Of a stretch of DNA of 64,000 nucleotides, positions 27,008-35,840 are shown one piece after another. The notes beneath the pieces were generated by a model that was given only the letters and a program-made list of their open reading frames with translations, was not told the DNA's origin and did not search any database. Every line of letters begins with the position of its first letter. The stretch's first letter is position 1. The translations under genes were made by a program, and so were the position numbers. Source of the stretch: an uncultured Bacteriovoracaceae bacterium (GTDB lineage: Bacteria > Bdellovibrionota > UBA2394); contig CAZRLF010000004.1 of the NCBI GenBank assembly GCA_964601045.1, positions 92,809-156,808 of the forward strand, read 5' to 3'.

Positions 27008-27709
27008 ATGAAGCTAAAAAAACTTATTTGGTCTTTCTTTGGCATCGGTTTTTTATTTTCTCCAAAATTTATTCACGCCTATTCCTTCAATGGCTCTTTC
27101 GCTGTTTTAGTGAATCAGAAATTCATGGACGATCAGAATCTTGCTTATACAAATGGAACTTCCAAGTGGGGCAATCTGAATGTCGAGGGTATCGCTGGTT
27201 TGCACGAATTTTCGTTTGGCTTAGAGCCACTCATTGGATTTGGACTCTCCAAAAACTCTGCCTCTGTTTTTTCTCGGGATACAAATGGTCAGTATGTTTT
27301 AAAAGCCGATGGTATGCGCGAAGAAGCTTTTTTTGACTATCAAATCTATTCCACAATGCTTGGCTTTCGTTATGCTCCTTGGAAAAAGGATTTTTTTATG
27401 GTGATTCCTTACGTTCAAATCATGGGCGTGCTTAACTATGTTCGTTATCGAGTGACGGACGCAGCAGGTGAGATCCATAAGCTTCAGCAAGGAAGTGAAT
27501 TTGGATTTCACTATGGGGCAGGACTACTTTTTTCTTTTTTTTACGATGCTGAGAGACAAGCTAATATGTCCGCAGAGTGGGATCTGACGGATTTTGATTT
27601 GATGACTTCTATTCGTTATACCCCCTCGGGTTACGGTAAATATGGATTACCCGATCTCAAAAATACTGGAGGTTGGGATTTTGGTTTAGGTCTTCTTCTT
27701 GACTGGTGA
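27008..27709 (+). CDS. secreted beta-barrel-like protein (paralogue A)
   Basis: The signal peptide is MKLKKLIWSFFGIGFLFSPKFIHA. The protein shows an alternating beta pattern and a C-terminal GGWDFGLGLLLDW. It is a clear paralogue of 28549..29265. Confidence 0.6.
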   Translation: MKLKKLIWSFFGIGFLFSPKFIHAYSFNGSFAVLVNQKFMDDQNLAYTNGTSKWGNLNVEGIAGLHEFSFGLEPLIGFGLSKNSASVFSRDTNGQYVLKADGMREEAFFDYQIYSTMLGFRYAPWKKDFFMVIPYVQIMGVLNYVRYRVTDAAGEIHKLQQGSEFGFHYGAGLLFSFFYDAERQANMSAEWDLTDFDLMTSIRYTPSGYGKYGLPDLKNTGGWDFGLGLLLDW

Positions 27710-29265
27710 TGTCTGACGTAAAGCCACATCTTGGTCTGCGCGTGGCTTATCACGGAAAACCTTTTTCGGGCTTTCAGCTTCAGCCTCATAGCCGGTCTGT
27801 TCAGCAAAAAATTGAAGAGGCTTTAAGTACTTATTTCCGAAAACCGATTCGTGTTTTAGGGGCCAGTCGAACTGATGCTGGAGTTCATGCTTTTGATCAA
27901 TGGGTGAGCGTGCCAAATCAATTTGAATTGTATGAAAATCTCGATGCTCATAAAAAGACTCTATTTTTAAGTTCATTAAACGCTCTTCTGGCTCCGTTTG
28001 TTTCATGTTGGCAGGTGTTAAAACTCGATCCAAAATTTCATCCAAAGCGTGATATGGCTTCTAAAGAGTATCATTATACGATTCAGCAAGGTGCGGCTGC
28101 TGACCCTTTACTCTGTGATCGTGCCTGGTGGATTCGCACCAAGTTCGATGAGAAAAAAATGACGAAAGAGCTAAAAGAACTGCGTGGTACCCACGATTTT
28201 CGTAATTTTTCGAATCGATCAAGAGACGGGCGGGTAGTTGAAGATGCGCATCGAACAATTTTTAAGGTCGCTCTCGAAAAAACAAAGCATCCGCATATTG
28301 AAAATCTGCATTTGTATAAATTTAAATTTAGAGGCTCTGGTTTTCTATATCGCATGGTCCGCAATATGGTTGGAGTTTTGGTTGATATAGGCCGGGGCAA
28401 AGATATTTCGATTAAAGATGTTCTTAATTCTGAAAAACGGCCTTCAAAAATCGTCGCTGCTCCTGCCGAAGGTCTTTGCTTGGTGCAAAGTGAGGTTTCT
28501 CGTTCGTTATACGAAGTGGTTGCCCCTGTTATTCAAACAAAAAATAAAAGAATATTTTCGCGATTAAGAGTTTTTGCTTTGATCTGCTTTTGTGCTTTTT
28601 TTCAAAGCTCTACTTTGCAGGAGCTCTATGCTTTTGATGGTTCGGCTTCGTTTGTAATGAGTCAGAGATTTTTTGAGGATGATCGTCTGGCCCATGTAAA
28701 CGGATTTTCGGAATGGGGGGCGTTTCAGTTTGATTTTACATTTGGTGTTTATGAGTTTGATATCGGACTCGAACCCATTATCGGCTTAAGTTATATTCAA
28801 AATTCAGCATCTCTCTATGCACTTGATGATAATGGTGACTATATTCTCGACGATAAGGGGGAGAGAATTGAATCTTCAGTCGATAATTTAAGTTACGAAT
28901 TCTATACCGCATCTTTAGGCCTTCGCTATAAACCATGGAGTCCTGATTTTTTCATTTTTATTCCTTATGCCGAGGTCCAGCAGACGTTTCGGTATGGGAG
29001 GGTCAAAAAAGTCACCTATGCACTCGATCAACAAAAATTGAATACCGGGGTTGATTGGGGAGTTGAGCTTGGAGGAGGAATAATCATTTCTTTTATGTAT
29101 GATGATAGGCTCCGTAGTAATTTAAAATCGGAGTGGGATTTAAAGGATTTTGGATTAATTACCTCAACTCGCTACCTTTCTTCGGGATATTTTAGGCAAG
29201 GGTTAGGGCTTATCGACAGTACCGGAGGCTGGGATTTCGGTTTAGGACTGTTTTTAGACTGGTAA
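27709..29265 (+). CDS. truA: tRNA pseudouridine38-40 synthase TruA, continuous in frame with beta-barrel paralogue B (from about 28549)
   Basis: The TruA part carries LRVAYHGKPFSGFQ, the catalytic GASRTDAGVHA and FLYRMVRNMVG. No stop codon separates it from the signal-peptide-like segment RLRVFALICFCAFFQSSTLQELYA and the barrel domain. Confidence 0.75.
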   Translation: MSDVKPHLGLRVAYHGKPFSGFQLQPHSRSVQQKIEEALSTYFRKPIRVLGASRTDAGVHAFDQWVSVPNQFELYENLDAHKKTLFLSSLNALLAPFVSCWQVLKLDPKFHPKRDMASKEYHYTIQQGAAADPLLCDRAWWIRTKFDEKKMTKELKELRGTHDFRNFSNRSRDGRVVEDAHRTIFKVALEKTKHPHIENLHLYKFKFRGSGFLYRMVRNMVGVLVDIGRGKDISIKDVLNSEKRPSKIVAAPAEGLCLVQSEVSRSLYEVVAPVIQTKNKRIFSRLRVFALICFCAFFQSSTLQELYAFDGSASFVMSQRFFEDDRLAHVNGFSEWGAFQFDFTFGVYEFDIGLEPIIGLSYIQNSASLYALDDNGDYILDDKGERIESSVDNLSYEFYTASLGLRYKPWSPDFFIFIPYAEVQQTFRYGRVKKVTYALDQQKLNTGVDWGVELGGGIIISFMYDDRLRSNLKSEWDLKDFGLITSTRYLSSGYFRQGLGLIDSTGGWDFGLGLFLDW

Positions 29266-29352
29266 ACTCTGCCGCGGCGCCCCATTTTACATGGCTATCC
29301 TGCGTTATTTTTAAGCAGCATTTATACTAGGGGTAAGGGGTTCCAGTTTTAA

Positions 29353-32300
29353 ATGAAAGTTTTAATGATTGAGGCAGCTGATGAAGAAGCTGCACAACTT
29401 AAGCTTGCGTCTGATCTCGGCATTGGTATCGGAGATCTTAAATGCGTTCGCACGCAGAATCGCAAATTTTCATTCGAAATTTTAAATTGCCCTGCCCGTA
29501 TTGAGGTTGAAATAGCTCGAGACGGAATGAAAGCTATTCTCAAGCGAGTTCTGCTTCCTATCGGAAATACCACGATACCTTTGGATGTTAATTTTATTGT
29601 TGATCAGCTGAAGGCCAAAGGCGTCAAGGCTGGAATTAAGCGAGATGTCATATCACAAGAAGTTTTTAAAATTCTTAAGACGCCCGGTTACGACGAAAGT
29701 AAAATTCTTTCGATCGTTGTTGCTGAAGGGCAAATGCCTGTAACTGCAACAACGGGGCGTCCTAAATGGGCAATAGATTTAAAATTATTTGAAAAGGGTG
29801 TGCCCCTCTACGCAAAAAAAGGAGAGGTTCTCGCACGAGCTCCGCATGCGGTACCAGGCAAAGATGGATTTAAGGTTACTGGCGAAATCATCAAAGCCCC
29901 TGTCGACGAACAATTCCGCTTGAATGTTGGCGCAGGAATTCTTACTCAATCCGGTGAGAGCGAAATTCTCTATGTTACTCAGACATTTGGCCGACTCTTT
30001 TACGATCAAGGTATTCGGCTTCGACTTGAAACTAAAATTATAGATCAGGACGGAGGCATGGCTGCCGCAATTGAAACCGGAAAAACAAGTTTTTCGGGTG
30101 CCACTATTAAGGCCGATGATCTTTTAGATATGGCGAAATCGCAAAGAATCGTCTTTGGATTTTTGAATCCAGCCGAAATTGAAGACCAACTTAAGAGTGC
30201 AAAAAAATGGCCGGCTCAAATTGTAGTCGCTCGAGGGCGTGTTCCAACCGATGGCACATATGGAGAAATAAAATATAAATATCGTGAGAGTTCTTCAACT
30301 CAGGTCATCGATACTCTTAAAGTAAAAGCCGCAATTGTATTTCCGGGTGAAGTCATTGCTGAAATCGCTCCTCCAAAAGAGCCTATTTCTGGACAAACCG
30401 TTTTCGGAGAAGCTCTTCGCGGAAAACCTGTTGATGGCCTGCCCATCTATCCCGGAAAAAACGTTAATCGTGAAAAAGTAGATCAAACGACAGTTTTAAA
30501 AGCCGCAAGTTACGGACGAGTAAAGGTCGATAAAGACCGAATCAGCGTAGAGAATGTTCTTAAAGTTTCTGCAGACAAAATGAAAGCCAGTCTTGAGCTC
30601 TTTCCTCAAAAACCTCTGAGCGTGAATGACCTAAGCAATATGCTAAGAGAGGCTGATATTTTAATGCCTCTTAATAGGGATGATATTGAAAAGAGATTGG
30701 GCGAGGTCTTTTTAAAAGCTGAGAGGGTTGAGGATTTTCTGGTTGTCGAAGGCATACCTCCTCAAGCTGGTACAGATGCCAAAGTTATTTATCGATTCAG
30801 TCCTGACTTATTTAAAGAAAAGGGATTGTTTCAGAAAAAGACCGATGCGGCTCTCTTCGCTATTCCTGGCGATCTCATCATGACAAAGATTTTGCCTCTT
30901 GAAGCTCGAGAAGGCCTAAATATTTATCGCGAAAAGCTTCCCGTACCAAAATCAGGTGTTCCTAAAGATATTGAAGTTTTAGTAGGTGATGGAGTTGACG
31001 AACTTCAAGTTGGCCGAGAAGGAGACCCTAAAGATCAGCTTCGTCTTGAGTATCGATCAAATCAAATTGGAATCTTAAGTTGGAAGGATCGAAAACTTGA
31101 TGTCCTACCAGTGATTGAAGTTGATAAGAATGAAAAATTTGCTGCCCTTCGCTTAGCAGGACGAAGCGATTTTGGAACTCAGGTAACAGAAGATGTTTTG
31201 AAGAAAATTGCCGAGGCAGAGGGAATTCGCGCCGAACTTAATTGGGCAGAAATTCGCCCAGCGCTTGCGATCAAGAGAAATCCTGGAGATCCGCTTCCGC
31301 GAGTAGTGATCGTTAAAGCAAAAGATCCCATTCAGGGAGTTGATGCTAAGGTAGATTATTTTGTGGATTATAACGGTGAGCCCATTCAAAAACAGATGGG
31401 ACCAAAAGCTGACCTTAGAGCTCCAGTTAAATTTTTGGATTGTGTTCGACCGCGAGATGTTTTGGCAATTAAGACACCTGTAGTTCAGGGTGAAGATGGT
31501 TACACAATTTTCGGGCGAAAAATTATCGCTGATCGCGGGCGTGATGAAGTTTGGCCGATAGGTGAGGGCATTGAGAGAACGGCTGACGGAAACCAGATCA
31601 TTTGTAACACCAAAGCTCCTGGATATGTCATTCTGGATCGCGGAAAAATTTGTGTTCGATCGATGGTGAAGGTGGCGAGCGATAAAATGAGTGCTAGTGT
31701 TTCCCTTTATCCCTCTCAGAATCCAAGATTTCCTCTTAAAGAAGATAAGGTTTTGGCCATGCTTCACGATATTGGTGTTCGCGAAGGAATAAAAACTCAA
31801 GCTCTGGCCGAAGCTATTCAGAAAGTGAATTCTGAGAAGGAGCCTATAATTGATTTTGTCGTAGCAGAAGGAACCAAGGCTCAGCGAGGCCAAGACGGTT
31901 CGTTCGTTACGGCTGTTGATGTGGGTAGTACCGTCGGAGAAATTCGAGCAGACGGTAGTGTTGATTTTAAAAGCAGAAATATTTTTGTGAATGTGAAGAA
32001 GGGACAACTTCTACTCATTAAGAGACCTCCAACAATGGGAGAAGACGGAAAGAATGTTATGGGTGCTCGAGTACCCGCTGCGCCAGGGGCAGACGCACGT
32101 CTTGATCCTCGCGATGGGGTTGAAGTGGTCGGAAATGGTTTAGAATATCGAGCAACCGTTGACGGTGTTTTAGAGATAAAAAACAAATCAGTTCGCGTAA
32201 TCGAAGGTTTAATGATTGGCAGCGATATTTCGTTTAAGACTGGCCACATCAACGGGGGGCATACGAATGTCTTTGTTAAGGGTGCTGTTCTTCCTGATTT

Positions 32301-33069
32301 TCAAGTGCACTCTGAAGCCGATGTGATGATTGATCAAATCGCCGAAGGTTGCATTGTGAATGCCGGACGAGACTCAGCAATTAAAGGCGGAATTTTAGGG
32401 CGAGATCGCGCGATTATTACTGTGGGGCGAAACCTTGAAACCCTCTATATATCCGGTGGAGCTACGGTCAATGTTCAGGGCAATTTGATCGTGGGAACCG
32501 AGATTCTCAACAGCAAGATTAGAGTGGCTGGTAAATTAGAGTGCTGGGAGGGTGCCGGAACTGTCAGTGGTGGAGAAATTCATGTTTTTGAAGGAATGAA
32601 AGTTAAGACATTGGGATCTTCAGGAGCTGAAAGCCAGACAACGGTCTATTTAGGGCATCATTATTTTAGGGATCGACAGGCTCAAGAAGAGATTAAGCGA
32701 TCGGGTTTGGATGTCAAAATCATCGAGGCGGAGAAGAAATTGGCAGATTTACAGAAGGAACTATTAGCCTTTTCGGAGGCTCCTACGGACGGTGTTGGAC
32801 GTGATTTTCAAGAGAAATACATGAAGGCCCTTGATCAAAAGAAGCAGTTTCAAGACGATGTTCAGCGCCTAAAAGCCGAACAGGATATGATTCTATCGTC
32901 TGTACCCATTAATAAAGACTGTGTTCTGACGGTGACGGAGATGATTTACCCCGGTGTGACCATTATATATAGAGATGTGGTCTGGACCCTTAAAGAGCCG
33001 CAAAGGGGTGTCGAAATCGTCTGGAATCCTGCGACTTCTAATATTATTTCGAGACGGCTTTCGCATTAA
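29353..33069 (+). CDS. giant DUF342 (FapA-like) protein with four N-terminal-type modules
   Basis: The C-terminus is a DUF342 beta-helix plus coiled coil (GGILGRDRAIITVGRNLE...VTEMIYPGVTIIYRD). Segments of the type VKVSADKMKASLEL are repeated four times. Confidence 0.65.
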   Translation: MKVLMIEAADEEAAQLKLASDLGIGIGDLKCVRTQNRKFSFEILNCPARIEVEIARDGMKAILKRVLLPIGNTTIPLDVNFIVDQLKAKGVKAGIKRDVISQEVFKILKTPGYDESKILSIVVAEGQMPVTATTGRPKWAIDLKLFEKGVPLYAKKGEVLARAPHAVPGKDGFKVTGEIIKAPVDEQFRLNVGAGILTQSGESEILYVTQTFGRLFYDQGIRLRLETKIIDQDGGMAAAIETGKTSFSGATIKADDLLDMAKSQRIVFGFLNPAEIEDQLKSAKKWPAQIVVARGRVPTDGTYGEIKYKYRESSSTQVIDTLKVKAAIVFPGEVIAEIAPPKEPISGQTVFGEALRGKPVDGLPIYPGKNVNREKVDQTTVLKAASYGRVKVDKDRISVENVLKVSADKMKASLELFPQKPLSVNDLSNMLREADILMPLNRDDIEKRLGEVFLKAERVEDFLVVEGIPPQAGTDAKVIYRFSPDLFKEKGLFQKKTDAALFAIPGDLIMTKILPLEAREGLNIYREKLPVPKSGVPKDIEVLVGDGVDELQVGREGDPKDQLRLEYRSNQIGILSWKDRKLDVLPVIEVDKNEKFAALRLAGRSDFGTQVTEDVLKKIAEAEGIRAELNWAEIRPALAIKRNPGDPLPRVVIVKAKDPIQGVDAKVDYFVDYNGEPIQKQMGPKADLRAPVKFLDCVRPRDVLAIKTPVVQGEDGYTIFGRKIIADRGRDEVWPIGEGIERTADGNQIICNTKAPGYVILDRGKICVRSMVKVASDKMSASVSLYPSQNPRFPLKEDKVLAMLHDIGVREGIKTQALAEAIQKVNSEKEPIIDFVVAEGTKAQRGQDGSFVTAVDVGSTVGEIRADGSVDFKSRNIFVNVKKGQLLLIKRPPTMGEDGKNVMGARVPAAPGADARLDPRDGVEVVGNGLEYRATVDGVLEIKNKSVRVIEGLMIGSDISFKTGHINGGHTNVFVKGAVLPDFQVHSEADVMIDQIAEGCIVNAGRDSAIKGGILGRDRAIITVGRNLETLYISGGATVNVQGNLIVGTEILNSKIRVAGKLECWEGAGTVSGGEIHVFEGMKVKTLGSSGAESQTTVYLGHHYFRDRQAQEEIKRSGLDVKIIEAEKKLADLQKELLAFSEAPTDGVGRDFQEKYMKALDQKKQFQDDVQRLKAEQDMILSSVPINKDCVLTVTEMIYPGVTIIYRDVVWTLKEPQRGVEIVWNPATSNIISRRLSH
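32931..32941 (+). repeat. motif near-copy GGTGACGGAGA (10/11) in the DUF342 CDS
   Basis: It has one mismatch at the last base. On its own it could be chance. Confidence 0.4.
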
Positions 33070-33209
33070 TATAGGCCATCTCCTGCTTGACGCCTCGTTT
33101 TAAACCGGACAAAAGAATAAGCATGCAAAAAGCTCGTTATTTGGCATGGCAAAAGACACCCATTTCGACCTCCAGTTTCGGTCGAAACACTAAGGGGGGA
33201 AGTCGAAAT

Positions 33210-33677
33210 ATTAAGTTTAGTCTCAAGCATTCAACTGGCGAAGTTCAGGCTGTCGAACCTAAGTGGTACGTACTTGATGCGACCGAAGCTCCTATTGGTC
33301 GTGTTGCAACAGTTGCCGCAACGATCTTGATGGGTAAACATCGAACAACATTTACTCCCGGTGCTGGTTCAGGAGATGGGGTTATCGTCATTAATGCTGA
33401 TAAAGCATTCTTCACTTCCGATAAAGCTGATCGAAAAGTGTACTATGATCATTCTATGTGGATGGGCGGTCTTAAAATGAAGACAGCTCGTGATTTGATG
33501 AAAGATGATCCTGAAAAGGTTATTTGGCTTGCTGTTCAGGGCATGCTTCCAAAAAATAAATTGTCACGTTACCAATTATCACACCTCAAAGTTTTTAGAG
33601 GTGAACATTCGATGAAGGCTCAAAAGCCTGTTCCTGTTAGTGTTAAAAAAGATTCCCTTAAGAGGCTAGGAGTTTAA
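33210..33677 (+). CDS. rplM: 50S ribosomal protein L13
   Basis: KWYVLDATEAPIGRVATVAATILMGKHRTTFTP is collinear with L13. The start is uncertain: an ATT at 33210 lies 9 nt after the SD GGGGGGA, and an ATG at 33123 would add a 29-aa extension. Confidence 0.85.
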   Translation: MKFSLKHSTGEVQAVEPKWYVLDATEAPIGRVATVAATILMGKHRTTFTPGAGSGDGVIVINADKAFFTSDKADRKVYYDHSMWMGGLKMKTARDLMKDDPEKVIWLAVQGMLPKNKLSRYQLSHLKVFRGEHSMKAQKPVPVSVKKDSLKRLGV

Positions 33678-33680
33678 GAA

Positions 33681-34073
33681 ATGGCTAGAGGTCAAGTATT
33701 TCACGCAGTCGGAAAGCGTAAGAATTCAATCGCAAGAATTTATATGAGAAGCGGTGATGGTCAAGTCACTGTTAATGATCGTACATTTGATTCATATTTT
33801 CCTGCTGATTTTCACGGCGTGGTTAAGAAACCTCTCGAAATTATCAATGTCGCTACAAAATACAACGTTACTGTGAATGTTTCAGGTGGTGGTATTTCTT
33901 CTCAGGCTCAAGCTTGCCGACATGGGATTGCAAAAGTTTTGACTCTTATCTCTGATTCCAATCGACCCCCTCTAAAAAAGGCTGGTCTTCTTACGCGAGA
34001 CTCACGAGTTGTGGAGCGTAAGAAATACGGTCATAAAAAAGCCCGTAAGAGCTTCCAATTCTCAAAACGTTAA
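33681..34073 (+). CDS. rpsI: 30S ribosomal protein S9
   Basis: The protein is 130 aa with GGGISSQAQACRHGIAKVL and the C-terminal tail RKKYGHKKARKSFQFSKR. Confidence 0.95.
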   Translation: MARGQVFHAVGKRKNSIARIYMRSGDGQVTVNDRTFDSYFPADFHGVVKKPLEIINVATKYNVTVNVSGGGISSQAQACRHGIAKVLTLISDSNRPPLKKAGLLTRDSRVVERKKYGHKKARKSFQFSKR

Positions 34074-34185
34074 TACCGAGGATTTACGCCCTGCTTTAGT
34101 CGTCTTTAAGGCGAACTGCCGTATTGCGTCATAGTTTTGTCGTAAAATTGGTCGTTTAGGCCCCTGTGTTAGGTTTTACCAAACA

Positions 34186-34201
34186 TGGTATACTACTTGC
34201 A
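34186..34201 (+). promoter_or_regulatory. sigma-54-type promoter (TGGTAT-N5-TTGCA) upstream of rpoN
   Basis: TGGTATACTACTTGCA has GG at 34187-34188 and GC at 34199-34200, separated by exactly 10 nt as in the TGGCAC-N5-TTGCW consensus. It lies about 42 nt before the rpoN ATG. Confidence 0.5.
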
Positions 34202-34242
34202 TGCTGCTCGACTGAGCAGATGGATTGGGAAAAGGGGATCTC

Positions 34243-35811
34243 ATGGCAGTGGACTTAAAATTATCAATGCGCCTTGGCCAGCAGATGGTCATGACGCCTC
34301 AACTTCAAGCTGCTATTAAACTTTTACAGATGAATCGTCTCGAGTTGGGTGAGGCCATTCAATCAGAACTCAACGAAAATCCTCTTCTTGAAGAAACTAG
34401 CGAAGTTTCAGAGCTTGAGCAGAAGAAGGCTGAAGTTCAAACCGAAGACAGCTCTGATAAAATGCACGAAGTATCTCCTGATACGGACCGTAATCCTGAT
34501 TTTGATTGGGATGCTTACCTTGACCAAAGTTTTTCTTATAAAGGCAAAAGTTCTGGCGAGATGAGCTATGACGGATCAGAAGACGGCCCTGGATTTGAAA
34601 GCTTAGCGACTAAAAAGAAAACTTTGGTCGAGCATCTTCTCGATCAAATTAATCTGAGCGACTTCGATAGAGAAGAGAAAGATTTTTCAAACGTTTTGAT
34701 TTCATCTCTTGATGAAGGTGGATACCTCAGAGAGCCGCTTGATGAAATTGCTAAAAAAAGAGGGGTTAGTTTTGAGTTTGCAGAATTGGTTTTGCATTTA
34801 ATTCAAGAGATGGACCCTCCGGGTATTGGGGCTCGAGACTTGCGTGAATGTCTTTTGCTTCAGTTAAAGCGAAATAAAGCTATTCGAAAAGTTGACCGTG
34901 AACTTCTAAAGCAATTGATTGAAACCCAGCTTTCTAATCTTGAGAAGAAGAACTTTAAAGCTATCGCCAAAGAATTAGATCTCAATATGGATGAGCTGGG
35001 AGATGTGATTAAGCTTCTTCAAAGATTTGAGCCTCGACCAGGCCGTCCTTTTGCGGAGATGGATAATAATTATATCACTCCTGATATCTATATCGCTAAG
35101 GTTAACGGCGAGTACGTTATTACCTTGAACGAAGATGGATTGCCCAAACTTAAGATTAGCAATCTTTATCGTTCTATTCTTAAAGAAATGCCTGAAGTTC
35201 GACAACTTGCCGAAGCGACTAAAGTTAAAAGCGTCGAGGATGAACTCTCGGTTCTTGCTAAAGTAGCGGAGTCGCAAGCGATTCCACCGAACTCAGAAGC
35301 CAAGCCTGTAAAGCAGAATCCAAAGGAATATATTCAAAACAAATTGCGATCAGCCTTATGGCTTATTCGTTCGATCCACCAACGACAACGAACAATTTAT
35401 AAAGTGACCGAAAGCATTGTTAAAAATCAGCGAGATTTTTTGGAGCATGGTGTAACGCATCTGCGTCCAATGGTTCTTAAAGATATCGCCAATGATATCG
35501 GAATGCATGAATCGACGATCAGTCGGGTTACCTCAAATAAGTATGTTTATACTCCTCAGGGAACATTTGAGCTTAAGTTTTTCTTCTCAAGTGCTATTCA
35601 AAAATCGAACGGAGATGGAATCGCCGCTGAGAGCGTGAAAGAAAAAATTCGTACTATTATTAAATCTGAAGATCAGCTTAATCCTGTAAGCGATCAAGGT
35701 ATCGTTGAAGCTCTAAAACGTCAGGGGATTGAAGTGGCCAGGCGAACGGTTGCAAAATATCGTGAGATGCTGGGCATTTTACCTTCGTCTCAAAGAAAGA
35801 ATTTGTTTTAA
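34243..35811 (+). CDS. rpoN: RNA polymerase sigma-54 factor
   Basis: It has region I (LSMRLGQQMVMTPQLQAAIKLLQM), an acidic region II, and the RpoN box ARRTVAKYR. Confidence 0.95.
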   Translation: MAVDLKLSMRLGQQMVMTPQLQAAIKLLQMNRLELGEAIQSELNENPLLEETSEVSELEQKKAEVQTEDSSDKMHEVSPDTDRNPDFDWDAYLDQSFSYKGKSSGEMSYDGSEDGPGFESLATKKKTLVEHLLDQINLSDFDREEKDFSNVLISSLDEGGYLREPLDEIAKKRGVSFEFAELVLHLIQEMDPPGIGARDLRECLLLQLKRNKAIRKVDRELLKQLIETQLSNLEKKNFKAIAKELDLNMDELGDVIKLLQRFEPRPGRPFAEMDNNYITPDIYIAKVNGEYVITLNEDGLPKLKISNLYRSILKEMPEVRQLAEATKVKSVEDELSVLAKVAESQAIPPNSEAKPVKQNPKEYIQNKLRSALWLIRSIHQRQRTIYKVTESIVKNQRDFLEHGVTHLRPMVLKDIANDIGMHESTISRVTSNKYVYTPQGTFELKFFFSSAIQKSNGDGIAAESVKEKIRTIIKSEDQLNPVSDQGIVEALKRQGIEVARRTVAKYREMLGILPSSQRKNLF

Positions 35812-35840
35812 TTCTCCTAAGTGCGTTAAATCTATTATGA

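Noticed and set aside
31153-32007. A 284-aa ORF antisense to the DUF342 gene
   Set aside because: It has no recognisable motifs and its composition is typical of the antisense frame of a real gene. The sense frame has clear DUF342 features. The same reasoning applies to the antisense ORFs at 43063..43467 (in pgk), 18957..19379 (in trmL) and 12814..13179 (in glyQS).
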